Below are positions 23,281 to 33,084 of a DNA stretch of 64,000 nt, piece after piece. Both the position numbers and the translations under genes were made by a program. The stretch is from a virus, in the IMG/VR virus record IMGVR_UViG_3300027804_000046, positions 1 through 64,000 of that record. The stretch is one strand, 5' to 3'. Positions within the stretch are counted from its first letter, which is position 1; every line of letters starts with the position of its first letter. The notes under the pieces were generated by a model that made no database searches, had not been told where the DNA came from, and saw only the letters and a program-made list of their open reading frames with translations.

Positions 23281-25120
23281 TAATTTGATTGTTGAATATG
23301 TAAAAAATTCAGAAGATCCACAAACAAACTTAGCTCTTGCAAAAGAATATGAGAGAATTGGTCAGACAGCGGCTGCAATATCTTTTTATCTGAGATGTGC
23401 GGAAAGAACAGACGATATTTCTACAGAGTATTACTGTTTGGTAAAAATGGGACATTGTTTTGAAAAGCAAGGCAATCGTAACTATACAGTCAAGAGCATG
23501 TACAACGCAGCAATAGCCATAGATCCAAAAAGACCAGAGGCATATTACTTTCTCTCTAGAAAATATGAAGAAGAAAAGTTACACTTTGAGACTTATGCAA
23601 CAATTGAAATACCTTTAAAGTATGAAATAGATCAGACATTTGATCCTGAACTTGGCTACAGAGGTCGCTGGATGCTTCTTTTCCAAAAAGCTATTGCTGG
23701 ATGGTGGCGCGGTAGAGGTATGGAAGCAAGAAAAATCCTACAGTCTTTGGTCAACGATTACTGGGATCAAATTGATGATGTACATAAAAAGTCAATTGAG
23801 AGTAACATTGTCAACTTAGGTTCTGGACCATACAGTTATGCATTTCGGATGTATGATGACAGTATGTGGCCGAAACTTAGATGTAAGTTTTCAGGTTCTA
23901 AGAACATCAAGAAGAACTTTTCACAAGTTTATCAAGACCTGTTTATTCTGTCTATGCTCAAGGGTAAAAGAAACGGTCAGTTCTTAGAAATTGGCGGCGC
24001 TGAACCTTGGATGGGCAATAATACTGCATTGCTTGAAACTGAGTTTGGTTGGAAAGGCGTATCTATTGAATATGATGAAAAGTTCATAAACAACTACAGA
24101 TCAGCTAGACCAAATACAAAAGTGCTGCATCAAAATGCACTTGCAATTGACTACAAGAAGCTTCTGTTAGAGCATTTTACTGGAAATGTAATCGATTATC
24201 TTCAACTAGACATTGAACCAGCAAGAAATACATACGAGTGTATGCTTAAAATTCCTTTTGATGAATATAAGTTTGCAGTCATTACATATGAACACGACTA
24301 TTATGCTGATGTTACCAGAACATATCGTGAGAAGTCCCGTGAGTTCCTAAGATCGAACGGTTATGTTCTAGTTGCTAATGATATATCGCCTGATGGTATT
24401 TGTAACTTTGAAGACTGGTGGATACATCCTGAACTAATCGATCCTGATGTGCTGAGAAAAATGAGTGATGTGACTAACGAAGCAAAAGCAGCAACAGATT
24501 ATATGTTGTCTGGAAGTGAAGAAGAGGATGTGTTTAATATGAATATTAATAATGGTTATGCAAAACGTGCTTTCATTGTCGATAACTTTTATGAAGATCC
24601 TGATAGTATTCGTGAGTTTGCCAAACAGCAAGAGTATGTTGATGGTGGATTAGGTCGCGGCTTTATTGGTAAACGCACAAAGAACCAGTATCTTTTTCCT
24701 GGTATCAAAGAAGCTTTTGAAAGCATCATGGGTAAGAAAATAACCAAGTGGGAAGAACACGGCATGAACGGTCGATTTCAGCTTAATATTGCTGGCGAGC
24801 CTGTTGTATATCATTGTGATGACCAAAGTTATGCGGCGATGATATATCTTACGCCAGATGCGCCGCCAGAAACAGGCACTTCAACGTTTAGGCATCGTGG
24901 AACTGGTATTCGTCATAAGGAACATCCTCAGATTACCAGTGCTTTTAACTATAAGACTTTCTTGGATAAGACGCCTTATGACACGGTGGACAAGTTTGGT
25001 AATGTTTATAACCGATTGGTCATCTTTGATGCGGGTGCTATTCACGGGGCCAGCGACTATTTTGGCACAGATTTTGAAGATGGAAGACTTTGGCACATGT
25101 TTTTCTTTGATACGGAATAA
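23273..25120 (+). CDS. Fusion protein: TPR + FkbM-like methyltransferase + 2OG-Fe(II) oxygenase (DUF6445-like)
   Basis: TPR-like helices (AIDPKRPEAYY); SQ.YQD...FLEIGG...NNT.LLE...WKGVSIE...IDYLQLDIE; IVDNFY.DPD...HCD...AAMIYLTP...YNRLVIFD...HGA...GRL. Confidence 0.7.
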   Translation: MLDNLIVEYVKNSEDPQTNLALAKEYERIGQTAAAISFYLRCAERTDDISTEYYCLVKMGHCFEKQGNRNYTVKSMYNAAIAIDPKRPEAYYFLSRKYEEEKLHFETYATIEIPLKYEIDQTFDPELGYRGRWMLLFQKAIAGWWRGRGMEARKILQSLVNDYWDQIDDVHKKSIESNIVNLGSGPYSYAFRMYDDSMWPKLRCKFSGSKNIKKNFSQVYQDLFILSMLKGKRNGQFLEIGGAEPWMGNNTALLETEFGWKGVSIEYDEKFINNYRSARPNTKVLHQNALAIDYKKLLLEHFTGNVIDYLQLDIEPARNTYECMLKIPFDEYKFAVITYEHDYYADVTRTYREKSREFLRSNGYVLVANDISPDGICNFEDWWIHPELIDPDVLRKMSDVTNEAKAATDYMLSGSEEEDVFNMNINNGYAKRAFIVDNFYEDPDSIREFAKQQEYVDGGLGRGFIGKRTKNQYLFPGIKEAFESIMGKKITKWEEHGMNGRFQLNIAGEPVVYHCDDQSYAAMIYLTPDAPPETGTSTFRHRGTGIRHKEHPQITSAFNYKTFLDKTPYDTVDKFGNVYNRLVIFDAGAIHGASDYFGTDFEDGRLWHMFFFDTE

Positions 25121-25149
25121 ACATAAATACTCTATAAAGAGGGTATTAC

Positions 25150-25890
25150 ATGGCAGTTCCAGCATCTAGAGAGCAACTAAAAGATTGGTGTCTTCGTCAG
25201 TTAGGTCATCCAGTTATAGAAATTAATGTGGATGATGACCAGGTAGAAGACCGTATTGACGAAGCTTTTCAGTATATCCAGCAGTTCCACTTTGATGGTG
25301 TAGAGCGTTGGTATCTAAAGCACCAGTTTACTCAAGAAAACATCGACAATGGATGGATTCCTATCAGTGATAACATTATCGGTGTAACCCGTATTTTCCC
25401 TATTTCATCTTCTAACGCAACCATCAATATGTTTGACCTGCGCTATCAGTTGCGTCTACATGAACTTTATGACTTTACCTCTACTTCTTATACCAACTAT
25501 GTTATTACCATGCAGCATATTCGCACTCTGGATATGTTGTTCTCTGGTGAAACACCCGTGCGTTTTAACCGTCATACAGATAAGCTATACATTGACATGA
25601 ACTGGGCAACAATTAGTGCTGGCGAATGGGCAGTCATCGAAGGTTGGATCATCATCGATCCTGACACATATCCACAGATTTATAACGACCGTATGCTCAA
25701 GAAACTGGCCACGGCATATATCAAGCGCCAGTGGGGCAACAACCTAAAGAAGTATCAGGGTATGCAGCTACCAGGCGGTATCATGATGAATGGTCAACAA
25801 ATCTACGAAGAGGCTGCGGCAGAGATAACAGAACTAGAACAGTTGATTCGTGATACATTCGAAGAACCACCACAGTTTCTTGTAGGATAA
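25150..25890 (+). CDS. gp13: Neck protein gp13
   Basis: CLRQLGHPVIEINVDDDQVEDRIDEA and KRQWG.NL.KY.G.QLPGG motifs. Confidence 0.95.
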   Translation: MAVPASREQLKDWCLRQLGHPVIEINVDDDQVEDRIDEAFQYIQQFHFDGVERWYLKHQFTQENIDNGWIPISDNIIGVTRIFPISSSNATINMFDLRYQLRLHELYDFTSTSYTNYVITMQHIRTLDMLFSGETPVRFNRHTDKLYIDMNWATISAGEWAVIEGWIIIDPDTYPQIYNDRMLKKLATAYIKRQWGNNLKKYQGMQLPGGIMMNGQQIYEEAAAEITELEQLIRDTFEEPPQFLVG

Positions 25891-25891
25891 A

Positions 25892-26764
25892 ATGGCAACG
25901 TCCGTATATTTCAACAACTATTCAGTCGGCGTTATTAACGAGCAACGTCTTTTGGAAGACCTGATTGTGGAGTCTATCCAGATAATGGGTCATGACTGCT
26001 TCTACATTCCGCGTGATTCCTATAACGGTGATGATGAGATATATGGCGAAACTATTAATGCCAGATTTACTCGCGCATATTCGATGGAAGTTTATCTCGC
26101 TAACGTAGAAGGCTACGAAGGTGATGGCGACTTCTTCTCTAAGTTTGGTCTAGAAATCCGAGATACTTCCAACTTTGTTGTTTCAACTCGCACATTTAAC
26201 AAATATGTGCCCACAAATATTGCTGATAGGCCGCGTGAAGGTGATTTACTTTATGTGCCCGTCATGCGTAAGATATTTGAAATCAAGTTCGTTGAAGAAG
26301 AACTAAACTTCTTCTCAATCGGCAAACGTAATCCATACATGTACGAACTGCGCTGCGAATTATTCCGCTTCTCTGATGAAAACTTTGACACTGGTGTGGA
26401 AGAAATTGATGATGTTGAGAAAGATGCATCATATACTATACAGTTAAATCTTGGCACAGGTTCAGGCAACTATCTATCTGGAGAACTAGTTTATCAAGGT
26501 TCTAATGTATCAACATCGAATACAAAAGCAATAGTAACAGAGTTTGATCCAATATCAAAAGTTCTAACACTACACAATATTGTAGGTACATTTGCTACAG
26601 CCACAAATCTTAGAGGTAATACATCTAATGCACTCTATGTTGTAACATCCACAGATATTCTTGGTGATTATACGTTCTATGATGACTACGACAATAAAGA
26701 AATACAGACTGAGGCCGCGTTGTTTATAGACCTATCAGAAATCAATCCATTTGGAATGCCATAA
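25892..26764 (+). CDS. gp14: Neck protein gp14
   Basis: EQRL.EDLIVESIQ..G.D..YIPR, SKFGLEIRD, RPREGDL.Y.P and SE.NPFG. Confidence 0.95.
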   Translation: MATSVYFNNYSVGVINEQRLLEDLIVESIQIMGHDCFYIPRDSYNGDDEIYGETINARFTRAYSMEVYLANVEGYEGDGDFFSKFGLEIRDTSNFVVSTRTFNKYVPTNIADRPREGDLLYVPVMRKIFEIKFVEEELNFFSIGKRNPYMYELRCELFRFSDENFDTGVEEIDDVEKDASYTIQLNLGTGSGNYLSGELVYQGSNVSTSNTKAIVTEFDPISKVLTLHNIVGTFATATNLRGNTSNALYVVTSTDILGDYTFYDDYDNKEIQTEAALFIDLSEINPFGMP

Positions 26765-27771
26765 TGTTCGGAACACATTTCTATCATAAACTAACAAGAA
26801 AATATGTTGTGCTTTTTGGTACAATGTTCAATAACATCACACTGGTAAAAACAAACAAAGATACTGGTGCTGAGATTGAACGCATGAAAGTGCCTATCAC
26901 ATATGCACCAAAAGAAAAATATGTGTCTCGTCTTCGTGCTGATCCAGATTTGCAGAGACAGATTCAGACAAGACTTCCAAGACTTTCTTTCGAGTTGACT
27001 GGAATAGCTTATGACGCAACAAGAAAACAAAACTCACTATTAAAGATGGCTAAAGGTAATTCTAGTACATCAGCTAAGTCATCTTATATGGCTGTTCCAT
27101 ATGATTTGACGTTTGAACTCAATTTGTATGCCAGAAATATTGATGACGGCACACAAATTATAGAACAAATTTTGCCGTATTTCAATCCAGATTATACAGC
27201 TACAATTGATCCTGTTTCATCTCTCGGTGTTCTCAAAGATGTGCCTATCATTCTTAATACAGTTACAAACAACATAGAACATGAAGGCAATTTTGATGCT
27301 GTAAGATTTGTAACATGGACTCTCACATTTACGATGAAGGCACATTTCTATGGACCAGTAACAAATCCAAAGATTATTCGCAAGGTCATCGCAAACATAT
27401 TCAACGATCCATCTTTGAAAGCGGGTTATGTTACGCGCATGAATCTTGTTTCTGGAAATAGCGGAACATTTCAGCAAGAGGATATTGCTTATCAAGGTAG
27501 CAGTTATGAGAGCGCGAATGCTTATGGAGTCATATTGAGTTGGACAGCAAATACTGGTAAACTTGCATTGGGTGCAGTTCAAGGACAATTCAAGATAGAC
27601 AATACTATTCGCGCACTATCATCTAATGCTAGATATCAGATAGATAGTTTTGATATATCACCGTTGAAGTTGTCTAAGATTACAATTGAACCTGATCCAA
27701 TCACTGCTCAACCAGGAAACGATTATGGATATGATGTACAAATTGAGGAATGGCCAGAAATAAATGAGTAA
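26764..27771 (+). CDS. gp15: Tail sheath stabilizer / tail terminator gp15
   Basis: FYH...RKYVVLFGT.FN.I, VPI.YAPKEK, LPR.SFE and QIIEQILPYF.P. Confidence 0.95.
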   Translation: MFGTHFYHKLTRKYVVLFGTMFNNITLVKTNKDTGAEIERMKVPITYAPKEKYVSRLRADPDLQRQIQTRLPRLSFELTGIAYDATRKQNSLLKMAKGNSSTSAKSSYMAVPYDLTFELNLYARNIDDGTQIIEQILPYFNPDYTATIDPVSSLGVLKDVPIILNTVTNNIEHEGNFDAVRFVTWTLTFTMKAHFYGPVTNPKIIRKVIANIFNDPSLKAGYVTRMNLVSGNSGTFQQEDIAYQGSSYESANAYGVILSWTANTGKLALGAVQGQFKIDNTIRALSSNARYQIDSFDISPLKLSKITIEPDPITAQPGNDYGYDVQIEEWPEINE

Positions 27772-28189
27772 AACACATAATGCATTAAGTGATGCTCTTG
27801 GTATAGAAAATGCTGTAGAGATTATACCGCCTAAGAAAGAACAGGAAGTTATAGTCAATACTCCACACGAACCAAACGATGCGGATGCAGATTACAATCT
27901 TTCTCGCAGAACTTTCCGTGACTTGATAAACAAAGGTAATCAAGCGATGGAAAGTTTGACTGATTTGGCCAAAGAGTCAGAATCTCCACGCGCGTATGAA
28001 GTTCTAGCAACCATGATGAGAACCGTTGCTGATACTACCAAAGACCTATACGATCTACAGAAGAAGACTAAAGAGTTGAGTGGCCAAAAGAAAGATGATC
28101 CTACTGTAAATGTAGATAAAGCCATTTTTGTTGGCACTACTGCCGACTTGTTAAAAAAGATTAAGGAGCAGAAGAATGAGGACGTTTAA
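27764..28189 (+). CDS. gp16: Terminase small subunit gp16
   Basis: DY..SR, A.ESESPRAYEVLA and AIFVGTTADL. Confidence 0.95.
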   Translation: MSKTHNALSDALGIENAVEIIPPKKEQEVIVNTPHEPNDADADYNLSRRTFRDLINKGNQAMESLTDLAKESESPRAYEVLATMMRTVADTTKDLYDLQKKTKELSGQKKDDPTVNVDKAIFVGTTADLLKKIKEQKNEDV

Positions 28190-28952
28190 GCAGTTTTTAA
28201 AAGAACAGCAAGAAGCAAAACAAGAACCTGCTAATAGTCGTGGCGTTTTAATTCATGGCAATAAAATTTTTGTTGGAATTCAACATGGTGTTACTCCTAC
28301 TCATGATAAAGAAACATCATCTTTAATTCAACAGCATATCACACAACATGGTCATTGGGATGAAGGTAATGGTGGCGATGCTAATGTTACAAAACCAATT
28401 ACTGGTAATGCAGAATCTCGTGGTTCTTTTGATGAAGATTTAATTAATAAGAATCTTTATACAGACAAAGAAGGCAATAGATATACACCACACCATCATT
28501 TGACTAATTTGTTTGGAAATTTACCTGGTAGCGATCAAGAAAAAACTATAGCAGATAAACTTTCTGATGATAAACTATCTCTTCGTGATGCTCTTATTAA
28601 ACACCACACTAAAATATTTGATGCTCCAACTTCTGAAGGTGCTGTTGATCGTTTTCTTGGTAAAGCCGGTTCTCATTTTCAAAAAATGGGTCAAAAGAGG
28701 GCAACTCCGGAACATATAAAAAAGTTTTTAAGTCAAGGCACAAAAGAAACTTGGGAAGGCAATAATAATCCGGATACTGGAATGGGTCGTATGGCTAGAC
28801 AAGTTCAATTAGAAAGAGAAAATTATTTAATGGACAAAGCTCCTGCTGGTGTATATTTTATAGGTTCGGGACATCTTCCTTCAATGTCGCAAACATTACA
28901 GAGTAGAAAAATTAAACCTAATATGATTGGTGGAACACACGCGCATCTATGA
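28176..28952 (+). CDS. Putative capsid-packaged internal protein; candidate TraB/Tiki-like metallo-hydrolase
   Basis: N-terminal MRTFKQFLKE resembles the T4 capsid-targeting sequence; FVGIQHG...WDEG...ERENYLM...VYFIGSGHL. Overlaps both terminase genes. Confidence 0.5.
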   Translation: MRTFKQFLKEQQEAKQEPANSRGVLIHGNKIFVGIQHGVTPTHDKETSSLIQQHITQHGHWDEGNGGDANVTKPITGNAESRGSFDEDLINKNLYTDKEGNRYTPHHHLTNLFGNLPGSDQEKTIADKLSDDKLSLRDALIKHHTKIFDAPTSEGAVDRFLGKAGSHFQKMGQKRATPEHIKKFLSQGTKETWEGNNNPDTGMGRMARQVQLERENYLMDKAPAGVYFIGSGHLPSMSQTLQSRKIKPNMIGGTHAHL

Positions 28953-30601
28953 CAAAAGGTTATAATAATAACCCAAACTTACCTAAAGAAGATTACAAGC
29001 ACGCCTTCACTCAGCATGAAATAGACGAGTTTATAAAGTGTGCTGCTGATCCTGTGTATTTTGCCTGCACATATATGCGTATCATCAACGTGGATCATGG
29101 TCTTATGCCATTTGAGATGTGGGATTTCCAAAAAGAAATGCTCACAACTTTTCATGAAAATCGATTTTCTATCTGCAAGTTGCCGCGTCAGGTAGGTAAG
29201 ACTACCACATCTGTTGCATATTTGCTACACTATATTCTGTTCAATCAAAATGTTAACATAGCAATTCTGGCCAACAAATCTGCTACAGCCCGCGAAATCA
29301 TGGGTCGTCTACAGTTAGCATTTGAATACTTACCGCGCTTTCTCCAGCAAGGCGTCAAAGAATGGAACAAAGGTTCAATTGAACTAGCCAACGGCTCTAG
29401 AGCGGTGGCTGATTCCACATCTGGTTCATCTGTTCGTGGTCGGTCTTTCAACATAATCTTCCTTGATGAGTTCGCATTCGTTCCAAACAACATTGCCGAA
29501 CAGTTCTTCATGTCTACCTATCCTACGATTTCTTCTGGTCAGACAACAAAGGTTATTATCGTTTCTACACCAAACGGTCTAAATCTGTTCTATCGTATGT
29601 GGGAAGATGCTATCAAGCACAAAAGCGAATACAAACCAATCGAAATCCACTGGAGCATGGTACCAGGTAGAACCGAAGAGTGGAAAGAACAGACTATTCG
29701 TAACACCTCAGCCGACCAGTTCCGTCAAGAGTTTGAGTGTGAGTTCATTGGTTCTACAAACACACTTATTCATCCAGTCAAGTTGCGTTCTCTGGTCTGG
29801 CATAATCCTATTGCGACTGAAGGTCATCTGAAAATCTATAAGAAGCCTGAATCAGGCAAAACTTATTGTATGACAGTAGACGTAGCCGAAGGTCAAGGAC
29901 TAGACTATTCCACATTCTCTATCATAGATGTATCTGAGATACCCTATCGTCAGGTAGCAATTTTCAGAGACAACAAGATATCGCCAATGTTATTTCCAAC
30001 CATTATAGTTCAGACGGCAAAAGCATATAACGAAGCCTTTATTTTGGTTGAAATTAATTCCATCGGACTACAAGTGTCTGACATCATACATAATGACTTC
30101 GCATATGAAAATCTAATCAAGATTGAAATGAAGGGTAAGCAGGGTCAGCAACAGTCTCCTGGATTCAAAAAGAAGATTGCCTTTGGTCTAAAAACGTCTA
30201 AGCAGACCAAAATGATAGGTTGTACCAATCTTAAAACTCTAGTTGAGAGCGACAAACTTATCGTAAACGACGAACAGACTATCATGGAATTGACTACTTT
30301 TTCGGCCGACAAGCAGACTTTCAAGGCCGAAGAGGGCAATAACGACGATTTGGCTATGACGCTGGTTCATTTTGGCTGGCTGACAGGTCAAAGATACTTT
30401 AAGGAAAATATCCAGAACGATATCAGACAGACTTTGCAGAAAGAACTATTTGATGTAATGGATCAGGATATTGTACCATTTGGAATTATAGATAATGGTA
30501 TAGACAATCCAAGCGAAAAAGACGCTTCGGGTGATCTTTGGATTGAAGATCGTGGTAGGACATATCCTTTTGACGATCTAAACTGGTCTAATAAGCTATA
30601 A
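28949..30601 (+). CDS. gp17: Terminase large subunit gp17
   Basis: PRQVGKTT Walker A, IFLDEFAF Walker B, IIVSTPNG, nuclease VDVAEG and DDLAM. Confidence 0.97.
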   Translation: MTKGYNNNPNLPKEDYKHAFTQHEIDEFIKCAADPVYFACTYMRIINVDHGLMPFEMWDFQKEMLTTFHENRFSICKLPRQVGKTTTSVAYLLHYILFNQNVNIAILANKSATAREIMGRLQLAFEYLPRFLQQGVKEWNKGSIELANGSRAVADSTSGSSVRGRSFNIIFLDEFAFVPNNIAEQFFMSTYPTISSGQTTKVIIVSTPNGLNLFYRMWEDAIKHKSEYKPIEIHWSMVPGRTEEWKEQTIRNTSADQFRQEFECEFIGSTNTLIHPVKLRSLVWHNPIATEGHLKIYKKPESGKTYCMTVDVAEGQGLDYSTFSIIDVSEIPYRQVAIFRDNKISPMLFPTIIVQTAKAYNEAFILVEINSIGLQVSDIIHNDFAYENLIKIEMKGKQGQQQSPGFKKKIAFGLKTSKQTKMIGCTNLKTLVESDKLIVNDEQTIMELTTFSADKQTFKAEEGNNDDLAMTLVHFGWLTGQRYFKENIQNDIRQTLQKELFDVMDQDIVPFGIIDNGIDNPSEKDASGDLWIEDRGRTYPFDDLNWSNKL

Positions 30602-30604
30602 ATA
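30597..30604 (+). promoter_or_regulatory. T4-type late promoter TATAAATA upstream of gp18
   Basis: Exact T4 late consensus before the sheath gene; gp55 is encoded in this window. Confidence 0.75.
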
Positions 30605-30661
30605 CTCGTTTTTCTAAATAATGTAAAGAATGAATTATAATTCTTGTAAAGGAGAAACAAT

Positions 30662-32389
30662 ATGCCATTTCAATTGTCACCAGGCGTAAATGTATCTGAA
30701 ATTGACTTAACAACTATTGTCCCAGCCGTAGGCACAACCGAAGGTGCTTTCGTAGGTAACTTTATCTGGGGACCACTAGAAGAAATCCGCACAATTTCTT
30801 CAGAAGTTGAGTTGGTAGACACATTTGGTAAGCCAGATAACAATAACTTCACTGAATTTTTTACAGCAGCCAACTTCTTAGCTTATGCTCGTAACCTTAA
30901 GATTGTTCGTGCAGCAAGCACAGCAACAGCAAAGAATGCTTCTATTGGTAACGGTATTTTAATTAAAAATACCGATGATTACACAACTAACTATATTAAT
31001 ATGGAAGCAGCTAACTCTGCTGGTATGTTTGCAGCTAGATATGCTGGTGACATAGGAAACAGCTTAAAAGTTTCTATGTATGCAGACACAGCATATAAAT
31101 CTCGCGCAAATTGGAATGTGTCTGCTTGGACGTATGCTGAACAGTTTGATAGTGCGCCAAATACTTCCACATATGCTGCCTCTGTTGGCGGTACAGGAGA
31201 TGAACTTCACTTAATCGTTATCGATGAAGATGGTAAATTTACAGGTGTGGCAAATACAATTCTTGAAAAGTTTGCATTTGTATCAAAAGCATCAGATGCT
31301 ATTACATCTGAAGGTTCTTCAAACTATTATGTTAATGTAATTAATGATCGTTCAAAATATGTTTATATAATTAATCACGCACAAGATCCTTCATCTAATG
31401 CGACAGATTCCGTAAACTGGGGAAGTTCTGCTGTAGGCACTACATTCTCACAAGGTGCATCTTCATACACCGTATCACTTTCTGGTGGTACAGTTGGTGC
31501 AGTTTCCGACTCTGATCGCATCACAGCTTATGATAAGTTCTCAAATGCAGAAGAAATTGATGTTTCTCTAATTGTTACTGGTGCAGCAAACCTAGCAGTT
31601 GTTCAACACTGCATTGACAACCTTGCAGAATATCGTAAGGACTGCGTTGTATTCTGCTCACCAACAAGAGCTAACGTTGTTTCAGTCGGTACATCCGAAG
31701 CTGCTAACAATGTCATTGCATACAGAACAGCAATGAACCGTTCAACATCTTATGCTGTAATGGATTCTTCTTGGAAGTATCAGTTCGACAAGTATAACAA
31801 TGTATACCGTTGGGTACCATTGAACGGTGATATTGCTGGTCTTTGCGTAAGAACAGACTTTGAACGTGATCCATGGTACTCACCAGCAGGATTTAATCGT
31901 GGTCAACTTAAAAATATTGTTAAGTTGTCTTTCAATCCAGACAAGACAGACCGCGACGAACTATACAAGAACGGTATTAATCCTATCGTTACATTCCGTG
32001 GCGAAGGAACTGTTCTTTACGGCGACAAGACAATGTTGAGTAAACCATCAGCATTTGATCGTATCAACGTTCGCCGTCTCTTCATTGTTCTCGAAAAGGC
32101 AATTGCCCGTGCTGCTAAGTACAGCTTGTTTGAGTTCAACGATGAGTTTACACGCGCACAGTTTGTTGCTCTAATTGAACCATACCTACGCGATGTACAG
32201 GGTCGTCGTGGTATCTTTGACTTCCGTGTAGTTTGCGACGAAACAAACAATACTCCTGAAGTAATCGACCGTAACGAATTTGTTGGCGACATTTACATCA
32301 AGCCAGCTAGAAGCATCAACTTTATCCAGTTGAACTTTATAGCTGTAAGAACTGGTGTAGCCTTCGAAGAAGTTGTTGGCCGCTTCTAA
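30662..32389 (+). CDS. gp18: Tail sheath protein gp18
   Basis: SPGVNVSEIDLT, PWYSPAG.NRG, FDRINVRRLF and IYIKPARSINFI.LNF. Confidence 0.97.
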   Translation: MPFQLSPGVNVSEIDLTTIVPAVGTTEGAFVGNFIWGPLEEIRTISSEVELVDTFGKPDNNNFTEFFTAANFLAYARNLKIVRAASTATAKNASIGNGILIKNTDDYTTNYINMEAANSAGMFAARYAGDIGNSLKVSMYADTAYKSRANWNVSAWTYAEQFDSAPNTSTYAASVGGTGDELHLIVIDEDGKFTGVANTILEKFAFVSKASDAITSEGSSNYYVNVINDRSKYVYIINHAQDPSSNATDSVNWGSSAVGTTFSQGASSYTVSLSGGTVGAVSDSDRITAYDKFSNAEEIDVSLIVTGAANLAVVQHCIDNLAEYRKDCVVFCSPTRANVVSVGTSEAANNVIAYRTAMNRSTSYAVMDSSWKYQFDKYNNVYRWVPLNGDIAGLCVRTDFERDPWYSPAGFNRGQLKNIVKLSFNPDKTDRDELYKNGINPIVTFRGEGTVLYGDKTMLSKPSAFDRINVRRLFIVLEKAIARAAKYSLFEFNDEFTRAQFVALIEPYLRDVQGRRGIFDFRVVCDETNNTPEVIDRNEFVGDIYIKPARSINFIQLNFIAVRTGVAFEEVVGRF

Positions 32390-32429
32390 TCATTGATGCA
32401 TAATAAATATTCAAAAGGAGTAAATTAAA

Positions 32430-33032
32430 ATGGCTTCATTTAACGTACAAGAATTCAGATCACAGATGACAGGTGACGGCGCCCGCCCAAACCTGTTCAA
32501 CTGCGAACTACCTTTTCTTGGCAATCTTCTCGGCACAGCAGGTATTAAGTATAACTTCATGTGTCGCGCCGCTCAGTTGCCTGGTTCCACTGTGAACCAG
32601 GTACCCGTAAATTATTTTGGTCGTGAACTAAAGTTTGCTGGTAATCGTACATTTACCGAATGGACAGTAACCATCATCAATGACGAAGACTTTGTAATTC
32701 GCAATGCCTTCGAACTTTGGATGAGCAGACTTAATTCACACGTTGCCAATCTTCGTTCTGCTAACTATGTAAGCCCATCACAGTATCAGCAAGATGGTCT
32801 AGTAACGCAGTTTGGTAAAGCAGATGAAATCCTAAAGGTATATAAGTTTGTTGGTATGTTCCCAATTGATGTTTCACCAATCGAACTAGATTGGGGTGCA
32901 AATGATACAATCGAAGAATATGCTGTAACATTTGCTTATCAGTGGTGGGAGTCTGATACAACAGATAGTAATCTATCTAATGGTTCTCCTGGCATTCAAC
33001 CTCGCAGAAGCAATCCTGTAGGTTCTGCTTAA
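32430..33032 (+). CDS. gp19: Tail tube protein gp19
   Basis: GARPNLF, AAQLPGS, GRELKFAGNRTF.EWTVT and IEEY.VTFAYQWW. Confidence 0.95.
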   Translation: MASFNVQEFRSQMTGDGARPNLFNCELPFLGNLLGTAGIKYNFMCRAAQLPGSTVNQVPVNYFGRELKFAGNRTFTEWTVTIINDEDFVIRNAFELWMSRLNSHVANLRSANYVSPSQYQQDGLVTQFGKADEILKVYKFVGMFPIDVSPIELDWGANDTIEEYAVTFAYQWWESDTTDSNLSNGSPGIQPRRSNPVGSA

Positions 33033-33043
33033 TATATAAGAAG

Positions 33044-33066
33044 AGGGGAGAGTTTTTCTCTCCCCT
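33044..33066 (+). terminator. Stable hairpin between gp19 and gp20 (terminator or RNA stabiliser)
   Basis: AGGGGAGAG-TTTTT-CTCTCCCCT, a 9-bp stem; the U-tract is weak. Confidence 0.5.
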
Positions 33067-33084
33067 TATCTTCATTGGAGGTAA

